A DNA stretch of 64,000 bases from a virus, in IMG/VR virus record IMGVR_UViG_3300033143_005193, positions 46,777 through 110,776 of that record; one strand, 5' to 3'. The notes beneath the pieces are model-generated. The model ran no database searches, was not told where the DNA came from, and worked only from the letters and a program-made list of their open reading frames with translations. This document shows positions 52,340 through 60,493 of the stretch, one piece after another (position 1 is the first letter of the stretch; each line of letters begins with the position of its first letter). A program made the position numbers and the translations under genes.

Positions 52340-52603
52340 TCAAGATATATTATTTTCTAATTCTATACTTTCATAAATTCTATCTATCATTTCTTTTATA
52401 TCAATTGGAACAACTGACATATTTGCATTAACAAAATTATAAGCCTGTTTTCTATTATGATTAACAATAAAATCATACAAAGTGTTTGATTTATCTTTCA
52501 TTAATACTTTAATCATTGTAATCCAGAACGAATCATAATCAAATTCTTTTGGAATATCCTTAACTTGTAAGACTGGTTGTTTCAACATATTAAAAATCAC
52601 CAT
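52340..52603 (-). CDS. Hypothetical protein
   Basis: 87 aa ORF. Confidence 0.5.
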   Translation of the reverse strand: MVIFNMLKQPVLQVKDIPKEFDYDSFWITMIKVLMKDKSNTLYDFIVNHNRKQAYNFVNANMSVVPIDIKEMIDRIYESIELENNIS

Positions 52604-52615
52604 TAACCTTAAAAT

Positions 52616-53326
52616 TTAAGATTCATTTTCATCTTCATCATCATACATTTCTCTTTTATGATAAATGTTATCTATTTCTTTATAAAGAACTGATTTTACT
52701 ATTTTTAAATCCCCAACTCTCATGTTATCTAATTGATCATCATTCATAAGACGATTAACACACATATCAACAACATTTTTTCTATCATCACTACCATTTA
52801 ATTTTCCATTTAATGAATAAGATCTGGAAGTAGCTTCAACACAATCACATATCATTAAAATAGATGATTCTAATGATTGTGGTTTCACACACTTATATCT
52901 AAATGCTGTATCTGTTTTTGAACGCGATTTAGTATAAAAATGCCTCAATACTGTATCACCATGATGTTGTGATACTATATCTAAAACTTTTCTTGGTAAA
53001 TTTGGTATTTGAAGAAGATATAAAACACTATCACCAACATGACGTGTTATGACATTATAAGAAATTAAAGGATCTAAATCATCATGAATATTTTTTTCAC
53101 TTTGATTCTCTGAAAAATATTCAGGATTATTCATTTTTCCAATATCATGATACATTGCAGCAATTAAAAGAGAATCAGGATCATCACATTTTAACTTATC
53201 AATTATAGCATCACACATATTATATACTTGTTGACAGTGTTTAAATGTACCTGGTGCTTTTTCCTTAAAGAGCGTCAATAATGGATATTTCGTATCAATA
53301 ATTTCTTTAAATTCTTCATTTTCCAT
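52616..53326 (-). CDS. Stand-alone HD (HDIG) phosphodiesterase, PgpH-like catalytic domain
   Basis: APGTFKH, YHDIGK..NP.YFSENQ, QHHG, FRY, DCVEATSRS. Confidence 0.8.
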   Translation of the reverse strand: MENEEFKEIIDTKYPLLTLFKEKAPGTFKHCQQVYNMCDAIIDKLKCDDPDSLLIAAMYHDIGKMNNPEYFSENQSEKNIHDDLDPLISYNVITRHVGDSVLYLLQIPNLPRKVLDIVSQHHGDTVLRHFYTKSRSKTDTAFRYKCVKPQSLESSILMICDCVEATSRSYSLNGKLNGSDDRKNVVDMCVNRLMNDDQLDNMRVGDLKIVKSVLYKEIDNIYHKREMYDDEDENES

Positions 53327-53478
53327 AATATAAAATCCTTCATAATAAGGTTTTATTTATTATAAAACATGTAAAGTAAAATGTAAATGTAAAAAATTGA
53401 TATTGATTGATAAAATAGAATTATTATAGAAATTTGATATGATATTTGAATAGGAATTATGATAGGAAATACTTTATT

Positions 53479-53627
53479 AATACCATACAACCAAGGTAAA
53501 ACAAAACCAAATATGAAAATAACATAACAAACTAAATGGATAAAAAATACTTTATCATAAGTGAAAATTTTGTAATACCATACAACCAAGGTAAAACAAA
53601 ACCAAATATGAAAATAACATAACAAAC
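53479..53627. repeat. ~54 bp direct repeat (period 95 bp) in a disrupted small membrane-protein gene
   Basis: AATACCATACAACCAAGGTAAAACAAAACCAAATATGAAAATAACATAACAAAC at 53479 and 53574. Confidence 0.8.
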
Positions 53628-53658
53628 CAAAAGAATAGAATATATTTTTATTTTTTCC

Positions 53659-53904
53659 TTAATCAATATATCCCTCTTTTTTCATAAAAAGAATAACTTC
53701 TGTTATTTCTTCTTCAGTTGGTTCAAAATTCTCAAATAAAGGATATGCCTCTCTCGCTATTTTAAAAACCTTTCCTTCCATAATACCATTGTCAACTAAT
53801 GAATTAAATAGATCAATGATATATAAAAATGTTTTTTGGATTCTGTTTAATTCAATCTTTTCACTTCCATCTATCTTCAAATCTTTTAAAATATCTTCAA
53901 ACAT
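53659..53904 (-). CDS. Hypothetical acidic protein
   Basis: 81 aa ORF. Confidence 0.55.
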   Translation of the reverse strand: MFEDILKDLKIDGSEKIELNRIQKTFLYIIDLFNSLVDNGIMEGKVFKIAREAYPLFENFEPTEEEITEVILFMKKEGYID

Positions 53905-53918
53905 TTTATTTCCCTTTC

Positions 53919-53951
53919 AAATGGAAGGTGGTTTTATACACCTTCCATTTT
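53919..53951. terminator. Hairpin terminator after DUF2828 gene
   Basis: AATGGAAGGTG-loop-CACCTTCCATT. Confidence 0.7.
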
Positions 53952-53952
53952 A

Positions 53953-55392
53953 TTAAAACATATTAAATACTTCTTCATCAGTAGATTTTTCATTTTTCTG
54001 ACCAGCAAGTTTAATTGGCTTATATCGTTCTGAATTTACAACTTCCATCATTACACTTCTTGGATCTGCAATATCACCACTTAAAACAGACTTAAAAATA
54101 GATGGTGAGCATCCAGAAACAATACAAACACCCCTATCGTCATATTTTACTGGTAAATTATTTTTTCTTGCGTTAACATTCCAAAAAATAATAGATGGAA
54201 TTTCATAACCAAATTTATTATATCTTCTCTTTATCATATCCAAAGATGAATCATCTGGATAATTAACACAACAATCAAATTGCATATCAGATATAATCAT
54301 AATAGTATCTGGCATTTGATCTTCTGGTACATTACCTCTTTCAGCTGATTTCAAAATAAGATCAAAAATAGCTTCAATATTTGTATTCATTCCCCATTCG
54401 GCTTTTTCAAGTTGTCTACACCTATCATAAAAAGAACCCCTCAAATATTGAAGTTTCGGACTACGGCTAAATGTTAAAAAACCATCCTTAAAAATACCTT
54501 CATTTCTTTCAGAAATATAAATACCTAAAGAAACAGAAACATCAATAGGTTTTGGGTTACCGAGGCAGTACATTGATCCACTTGTATCACAAACAGGTAA
54601 AATTCTTTTTGTATTACCTTCCAAAAAATTAGGCAAATTTTCCCATTGTGCTTCTACAGCGTTTTTATCTTCATTTCTTTGGTAAGCTTGATACAATTGA
54701 TAAGGAAATAGATCACCAGCATTAATGCTTTTCTTACCTTTTTTAACTTGTTCAATATATGATGAAAATCGAGCATTATCATTACGAAGAAAGGCCCTAC
54801 GATATTTATTCATAGCTATCGATGGAACATTATCGTATTTGATATTACTCCAATCTTTTGCACACATTTGTTGTTCAACAACTTTAGTTAAAGCAACAAT
54901 TTTTTTACGATATTCCTTTGGTGTTAAATCAAGAAATTTACGAACTTTTTCAGCAAACGGACCCTTTCTTGGCAACCACTTCGCAAGCAATCCATTTCCA
55001 TCATCAAGACCCTGTCTAATTAAAGACAAAACCTTCGAACTTCTCAAATGAAAAACATCTTTCCATCTTCCATATTCTGGAATAAGATTCAGATTTTCAT
55101 AAAGATGGTCTCTATATTCCAATGTATCATCAAGATACTTTGAACAAACATTAAAAACCCGCCTTTCACCCATACCACCACGAATATCACGAGCGAAAAA
55201 AAGAATCTTCAGGGCAGTCAATGGATCTTCAGCCATTGCCTTAGAAAAATTAGCAATAATTTGATCATCACTCCATGAACGACATGAACCAGCAATAGCA
55301 AAAAAATCGAGACACGCATCAAAACTTGAAGAATTTGATGGCATCTCGTTTTCAGTGAAAGTATCTTTGGTTTTCATTTGATTCATTAACAT
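53953..55392 (-). CDS. DUF2828 family protein (TROVE/Ro60-like repeats plus vWA)
   Basis: TEN, CLDFF, RDIRGGMGER, YGRWKD, AKWLPR, VEQQMC, VCDTSGSM, ISDMQFD, IFWNV. Confidence 0.85.
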   Translation of the reverse strand: MLMNQMKTKDTFTENEMPSNSSSFDACLDFFAIAGSCRSWSDDQIIANFSKAMAEDPLTALKILFFARDIRGGMGERRVFNVCSKYLDDTLEYRDHLYENLNLIPEYGRWKDVFHLRSSKVLSLIRQGLDDGNGLLAKWLPRKGPFAEKVRKFLDLTPKEYRKKIVALTKVVEQQMCAKDWSNIKYDNVPSIAMNKYRRAFLRNDNARFSSYIEQVKKGKKSINAGDLFPYQLYQAYQRNEDKNAVEAQWENLPNFLEGNTKRILPVCDTSGSMYCLGNPKPIDVSVSLGIYISERNEGIFKDGFLTFSRSPKLQYLRGSFYDRCRQLEKAEWGMNTNIEAIFDLILKSAERGNVPEDQMPDTIMIISDMQFDCCVNYPDDSSLDMIKRRYNKFGYEIPSIIFWNVNARKNNLPVKYDDRGVCIVSGCSPSIFKSVLSGDIADPRSVMMEVVNSERYKPIKLAGQKNEKSTDEEVFNMF

Positions 55393-55409
55393 TTTATTTT
55401 TTCTCCTTT

Positions 55410-55683
55410 CGGATTACATTATCCAATGTATTTAATTGCTGTTAGTAATCCTTGTAAATGATTTTAAACAAAATAAAAACGGATTGCTATTGGTCAATAA
55501 TTAGACTTTATTTTTCACATAAATAATTAATTAGTTTGCTGTTTGCAATCCTTTTAAAACTAATATTGAATCATAATTTTATAAAACCTTTTACAAACAC
55601 AATTTTTCTTTTAAAAGTCCCGGATTACATTATTTGTATTGATTAACAAGATCAATTAAATTTAATTGCTGTTAGTAATCCTT
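55410..55683 (-). ncRNA. Three copies of a structured ACAGCAA RNA motif (55621-55683, 55480-55553, 55410-55453)
   Basis: AAGGATTRC-WA-ACAGCAA...variable hairpin...GYAATCCG with compensatory A-T/G-C change in the closing stem. Confidence 0.7.
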
Positions 55684-55689
55684 ATAAAT

Positions 55690-55917
55690 CTATAGAAAAT
55701 AAACTATACAATCATAATCTTCATCAAATTCAAAACCAATATCTAATAACATATCATAATCTTCATCAATAAGATCTTCTGGTTTAAGATTAGTAATAAT
55801 AGTATCTATATCACATTCAATAGATTCATTATTTTTAAAATATTTTGATAAAATTTCAAATCCCTTTGATAAGGAAGCCATAACATTCATTTTTATTTTC
55901 TCCACTTCATATTTCAT
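55690..55917 (-). CDS. Hypothetical acidic protein
   Basis: 75 aa ORF. Confidence 0.5.
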   Translation of the reverse strand: MKYEVEKIKMNVMASLSKGFEILSKYFKNNESIECDIDTIITNLKPEDLIDEDYDMLLDIGFEFDEDYDCIVYFL

Positions 55918-55930
55918 TATTCAAACATCA

Positions 55931-56004
55931 TGGAAGCCCTGTCCAGAATCGAACTGGAATGTTATGGTTCAAAGCCATATATTCTACCATTGAATTACAG
56001 GGCT
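55931..56004 (-). tRNA. tRNA-Gln(TTG)
   Basis: Cloverleaf, loop CT-TTG-AA, CCA. Confidence 0.9.
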
Positions 56005-56019
56005 ATTATAAATCATATT

Positions 56020-56256
56020 TTATTTAAAGTAAATATTATTTTTTTCTTTAATTAATTTTACTAAAACATCACCGTGACAAGGTTTTGGCTTACACCAACA
56101 ACCAAGAGTCTTGCCTTCTAATTCCATAAGACGCTCCATTAAATAAGGGTTATTTCTTATATAGTTTTCGTATTGTTCAATAACTTCTTCTCTGTTACCA
56201 TCAATACCAATTTTAAATGGATTCCCCCATATTGATGGGTGTCCTATATAAACATC
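56020..56256 (-). pseudogene. DUF4326 gene, native N-terminus replaced by IS remnant
   Basis: DVYIGHPSIWGNPF...LGCWCKPKPCHGDVL directly after the IS right end. Confidence 0.75.
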
Positions 56257-56517
56257 GTGACACTCCACAGGACAAGCCCCGTGGCTTCTGCTTAGTTTAC
56301 TAAACATTCTTTTTCTTGCTTCAACGACAGTTTCAACAAACCATCTCCACAAGCGTGAATTCCGCTGTGCCCCAGCGTACTTAATCAAGGCATTTCTTGA
56401 ATACATCCGCAATAGAGAAGACTCTGGCAAGTCTCTCTAACTCTCATTTCCATTCCTTTGGTAAAGCTATATTTATTTGAATATTCATTATCTACACCCC
56501 CTATTTACATGTATAAC
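56257..56517 (-). mobile_element. Non-autonomous remnant of the IS at 2939-4729 retaining omegaRNA scaffold and right end
   Basis: Similarity to ~3036-3127, 4568-4594 and 4682-4729, plus ~80 nt (AAGTACGCTGGGGCACAGCGGAATTCACGCTTGTGGAG...) absent from copy 1. Confidence 0.85.
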
Positions 56518-56535
56518 TTTCTTTTGATATATTAA

Positions 56536-56697
56536 CTACTTTAGTTGGAAATTTTCTTTTCTTCTTTTCCTCTTTTTTAATTTTCTCGTTCTCCTTATTT
56601 TTTCTGGATCTCTTTCTTTAAACTTTTTTCTACTACCAATTTTTTCGAAATTATAATTATCATCAATTTCTTGATAATAATTTTCGTAATAATTCAT
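56536..56697 (-). CDS. Small basic protein
   Basis: MNYYENYYQEIDDNYNFEKI...KKRKRRK. Confidence 0.5.
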   Translation of the reverse strand: MNYYENYYQEIDDNYNFEKIGSRKKFKERDPEKIRRTRKLKKRKRRKENFQLK

Positions 56698-56715
56698 TTT
56701 TACCCCTCTTTTCAC

Positions 56716-56803
56716 TGGAGGAAGGGACAGGATTCGAACCTGCGGAACATTTATGTCCTCTTGTTTAGCAAACAAGTCCAATAAACCACTCTGGCACCCT
56801 TCC
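56716..56803 (-). tRNA. tRNA-Ser(GCT)
   Basis: Cloverleaf, long variable arm, CCA. Confidence 0.9.
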
Positions 56804-57195
56804 TTTTTTAATTTTCTTCAAAAACAAGTTCGAAATACTTAATTAGATTCATTGGAAAAACTTTAATAACATTACCTTCCCAAAAAGAAACAAATTCATC
56901 CCTGTTGCCCGTTGGAGAAGATGTTATATCTTTTCCAATATATTCTTCACCATTTTCTACAATACCAATGTCAGCTGATATATAATCATCTTTATGGTAA
57001 ATTCTCTTTAAATATTAATTGTGTTCCATCTAATGCACTATAAGCAATAAATTTATTAAGAAATGTATGAATCACAAATGAAAATTTTTTTGGTAATTTA
57101 ATTATTTTAACTCCAGATGGAGTATATAAAATACCATTACTTGAACAACCAAATAAACCATAAATAAATTTATATTTCATAATTTTTTATCCTTT

Positions 57196-57591
57196 CTATA
57201 TTATCACTAAACAATTAGGATCTTTTCCAAATTTCAAAAATTTTTTTATTGTATCTTCTGTACCACCTTTTCTATCAGGTGAAACACAAGCAATTAAAAC
57301 ATCAGCATCTCTTGCAACCAATGTATTTCTTTCATAAAAAGCCTTCATATATTCATACTTAGAAGATCCTTTAGGTATTGGTTTCGGACGATAGATAATC
57401 AAACCGCCATTTTTTTCGGTAAGTTTTAAAACAAAAGCAAATTCTTCCGCAAACCTATCACCGCCTTTAGGACAACCACCAGAAACGATTATATCACCCT
57501 TTTCATACCATTTTTTAAATTCGTTCCAAACAGCTAATTTATCTTCTCTACTGTCTCTTTTTCTTGAACCAATAATTCCTATCTTTTTCAT
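57196..57591 (-). CDS. SLOG-family (DprA/YspA-like) protein
   Basis: IGIIGSR, IVSGGCPKGGD, RN, GGT..TI. Confidence 0.75.
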   Translation of the reverse strand: MKKIGIIGSRKRDSREDKLAVWNEFKKWYEKGDIIVSGGCPKGGDRFAEEFAFVLKLTEKNGGLIIYRPKPIPKGSSKYEYMKAFYERNTLVARDADVLIACVSPDRKGGTEDTIKKFLKFGKDPNCLVII

Positions 57592-57611
57592 TATGACTCC
57601 TTAAAATTATA

Positions 57612-57738
57612 TAGAATGTGGCGAACAATTTTCTTACACAGAAATTTTATCCGCTGGCCCCACCCAATAGGCATCCCTTTTTGTATCATGATGTTGGGTG
57701 TTCTACATGACTTTTGTTAGGATTTTTTTTCACATTCC
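57612..57738. ncRNA. Candidate structured ncRNA (rod-like)
   Basis: Nested inverted pairs GAATGTG/CACATTC, ATCC/GGAT, CACCCAA/TTGGGTG, CATC/GATG in a GC-richer intergenic island. Confidence 0.4.
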
Positions 57739-57767
57739 ATATTAGAGTAATTCTTTAAGTAAAATTT

Positions 57768-57843
57768 TGGTTGCGGGAGAGGGAATCGAACCCTCATATA
57801 TGGCTTATGAGACCATCGAGTTGACCAACTACTCTATCCCGCT
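57768..57843 (-). tRNA. tRNA-Met(CAT), initiator-like 1:72 mismatch
   Basis: Loop CT-CAT-AA, CCA. Confidence 0.85.
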
Positions 57844-57849
57844 ATCTTT

Positions 57850-57924
57850 TGGGGTGGGAAACGGGGAACGATCCCGTAACGCGAAGGCCACAACTTCGCA
57901 TGATACCATTTCAACATTCCCACC
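57850..57924 (-). tRNA. tRNA-His(GTG)
   Basis: Loop TT-GTG-GC, G-1, CCA. Confidence 0.85.
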
Positions 57925-57937
57925 ATAATAATCAAAT

Positions 57938-58301
57938 TGGTGGAGGTGACCGGTGTCGAACCGGTGTCCAAAAACAACTTAACTTCGATATCTACATCCA
58001 TAGTTTATTGTTTATTTTTTCTCATAATATCATACACAATAAACAAAGTAAATATTATGATATCCTTCAATTATATTCATTTATGACACAAAGGAAAAAT
58101 CATCATAAATATATTTCCCTAATCGACGTCCCTTGAAAACCGGGAAAATTTAATCAAGGGACGGAATTATGCCGCTTTGGCTAATTCAGTGTAATAATCA
58201 TCTGCGATTATATTTAGCGTATTATGGTTTAACGTGTTCATAATACAATCCACGAGATGCAATCCCAGCTTCGTTGTCCTTGTCGAGTCCTTTTCACCCC
58301 C
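57938..58301 (-). ncRNA. ssrA: tmRNA, tag (A)ADDYYTELAKAA*
   Basis: 5' GGGGGTGAAAAGGACTCGAC, 3' GGTTCGACACCGGTCACCTCCACCA, G3-U pair, tag ORF ending AA. Confidence 0.92.
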
Positions 58302-58316
58302 ATATTTATCATTTAA

Positions 58317-59027
58317 TTATTTTAACACCTTCTTCATATCTATCCACCATTGACCTGATTCATAAGAACAAGTAGCCAATGAAATCCATTTACAACCATC
58401 TACATAGGTATTTATATAAACATGAAAATGCCCAGAAAACCAATAAGAGGGTTTGTATTTTTCCAATACAATATCCAACGCAACACATGATGGATCATTT
58501 ATTCTGTTACGCTTATAATCAATAAATTTAAAAAATCTTTTTGGTATTGTATGAGAAACAACTATATCAACATTAACATTTTCAGGCAATTTATCTATAT
58601 CTTTTTGAGATATAATTTCCTGTGACCACCAAGAATTACCTTCTATTCTATATTGTTTATCAGTAGATTCAGCACCACCGACAAATAATACATTATAACC
58701 ATTTACATTTATTATTGTTCCAAAAGGACAATAATAAACACCTTCTTGTAATTCTGTAATTTTATCATATTTATCTAAATCATCCCAATTTTCATGATTA
58801 CCAGGGCACCAATAAATCTTTGTTAATTTATCGTTTTGTTTATTTTTTACACCATATTGATCAAATTTAGTATTTTTACTAATAAAATTCAATTTATTAT
58901 GATAATGAGGCCACCAGCCCCAATCACCACATTGTAAAATAATATCAGGTTTCTTTTTATTTATAAGAGTGTTTAACGGACCCCAATCAGCATGAATATC
59001 ACCACATATCAATACTTTTTTCATCAT
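58317..59027 (-). CDS. Calcineurin-like metallophosphoesterase
   Basis: GDIH, CGDWG, GNHE, SHT, SGHFH. Confidence 0.88.
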   Translation of the reverse strand: MMKKVLICGDIHADWGPLNTLINKKKPDIILQCGDWGWWPHYHNKLNFISKNTKFDQYGVKNKQNDKLTKIYWCPGNHENWDDLDKYDKITELQEGVYYCPFGTIINVNGYNVLFVGGAESTDKQYRIEGNSWWSQEIISQKDIDKLPENVNVDIVVSHTIPKRFFKFIDYKRNRINDPSCVALDIVLEKYKPSYWFSGHFHVYINTYVDGCKWISLATCSYESGQWWIDMKKVLK

Positions 59028-59048
59028 ATTATCCTAAAATATTTCTTT

Positions 59049-59133
59049 TGGTAGGGGAGAAGGGATTCGAACCCTTATGACTTTCGTAACCGGGTCTAAG
59101 CCGGTCCCCTGCTACCATTTCGGGTACTCCCCC
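59049..59133 (-). tRNA. tRNA-Leu(TAG)
   Basis: Loop CT-TAG-AC, long variable arm, CCA. Confidence 0.9.
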
Positions 59134-59138
59134 AAAAT

Positions 59139-59303
59139 TTATTTCTCATTTTTTCCTTTTTCAAAAGCATCATTTAACATATTAACAATTGCTTTACACA
59201 AAGCAACGTGACCAACAGGTAGTGTAAATATTTCAATTCCATCACAAAATATACCATATCCAGTATATTTCTCAGATTCATCATAACTATATACTTTTTC
59301 CAT
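59139..59303 (-). CDS. Small protein, paralog of 59374-59580 (not in ORF track)
   Basis: SEKYTG...FTLP..H..L....LNDAF vs SEKYSG...FTIP..H..L....LNGAF. Confidence 0.55.
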   Translation of the reverse strand: MEKVYSYDESEKYTGYGIFCDGIEIFTLPVGHVALCKAIVNMLNDAFEKGKNEK

Positions 59304-59373
59304 TTATTCACCCTTTAAACTATTCATAATTTTATAATATTTGATTTATTATTAATTTTACAATTAATTATTT

Positions 59374-59580
59374 CTATTTTTTACTCATTTTTTCTCTATA
59401 AATATACCCCTCAAAAAAAGCTCCATTCAAAGCACCAATAAATGTTTTATACAAAAAACTATGAGATAAAGGAATAGTAAACAAAACAAAATCATCATAA
59501 ATTATATCCACACCTGAATATTTTTCTGATAATTTAGCTTTATATGGCTTTGGTATATTTTTAATTTCTTGTATATCCAT
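59374..59580 (-). CDS. Small hypothetical protein
   Basis: Paralog of 59139-59303. Confidence 0.55.
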   Translation of the reverse strand: MDIQEIKNIPKPYKAKLSEKYSGVDIIYDDFVLFTIPLSHSFLYKTFIGALNGAFFEGYIYREKMSKK

Positions 59581-59582
59581 TT

Positions 59583-60038
59583 TTACCACCAACAATAAAT
59601 CGAATATTCTTTGTTTTTATCTAAAATACCATTTTCATAAAAATAATTGACAATGGAATAAGTAACAAATTTATCAAGATCACCGTCTTCAAGTTTTTCC
59701 ATTACTTTTATATCATTGGAATCCATTTTATCTGGATAAAAATTAACAAGATTGCCATTAAATATTTCCATATCATCAGCTATGGAATAATCATTACCCA
59801 AATTAAAAAAACTATTAACATAGTCATTCCAATCTTCCATTTCTATCATATTAAACGTTTTTTCTTGAAATTTTAGATCTGGAAGAGTTTTAATCAATGT
59901 CAAATCTTTTCCGCCAATTCTTGTATAAGAATTCCCACCATCAACAAATGTTCCGTTTTCACAATTACATTGTTGAAAATCATGGCGGGATTTAGAAATC
60001 AAAATTTTACCACATTTCAAACATTTTACTTTTGACAT
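59583..60038 (-). CDS. Hypothetical protein with N-terminal Zn-binding domain
   Basis: CLKCG..SKSRHDFQQCNC..FVDGG. Confidence 0.65.
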   Translation of the reverse strand: MSKVKCLKCGKILISKSRHDFQQCNCENGTFVDGGNSYTRIGGKDLTLIKTLPDLKFQEKTFNMIEMEDWNDYVNSFFNLGNDYSIADDMEIFNGNLVNFYPDKMDSNDIKVMEKLEDGDLDKFVTYSIVNYFYENGILDKNKEYSIYCWW

Positions 60039-60053
60039 TATTTTTTATCCTTT

Positions 60054-60224
60054 TTAGTTAACATATCGTTCTGTATGAAAAAATTTATCACAAAATTTTA
60101 AATGTTCTTTTATATGATTGATAATACTTTTATTTAATTGAGTGACATATTTTGATAAAAACTCACTAGTGTATTCATCACAATAAGGATCATCAAAACC
60201 TTCTAATAAATGAATTAATAACAT
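60054..60224 (-). CDS. Small hypothetical protein
   Basis: AAGGA RBS; between tRNAs. Confidence 0.4.
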   Translation of the reverse strand: MLLIHLLEGFDDPYCDEYTSEFLSKYVTQLNKSIINHIKEHLKFCDKFFHTERYVN

Positions 60225-60241
60225 AAAAATTCCTTTTAAAT

Positions 60242-60319
60242 TGGTAGGGAATATGGGTGTCGAACCCATCCTGTCATGCTTTTGAAGCATGTGCCTCTGC
60301 CATCGTGGGCTAATTCCCC
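60242..60319 (-). tRNA. tRNA-Leu(CAA), short variable loop
   Basis: Loop TT-CAA-AA, CCA. Confidence 0.85.
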
Positions 60320-60331
60320 AAAATTGTTTTA

Positions 60332-60407
60332 TGGTGGAACCCCACCGAGTCGAACGGTGTTCTTCCGGGCTTCAACCGGACGCTATGACCCCATCAGCTA
60401 GAGTTCC
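60332..60407 (-). tRNA. tRNA-Phe(GAA)
   Basis: Loop TT-GAA-GC, CCA. Confidence 0.85.
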
Positions 60408-60412
60408 ATTTT

Positions 60413-60490
60413 TGGTAGGGGATATGGGTGTCGAACCCATCCTTTAATGGTTTTAAACCATTTGCCTCTGCCATCGTGGGCTAATCCCCC
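60413..60490 (-). tRNA. tRNA-Leu(TAA), short variable loop
   Basis: Loop TT-TAA-AA, CCA. Confidence 0.85.
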
Positions 60491-60493
60491 AAA

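Noticed and set aside
53479-53627. DGR template/variable repeat pair
   Set aside because: Copies are identical with no adenine-specific mismatches, and no reverse transcriptase is present
55410-55683. Mini-CRISPR array
   Set aside because: Conserved parts are the two arms of a stem enclosing variable interiors with irregular spacing; fits repeated structured RNAs better
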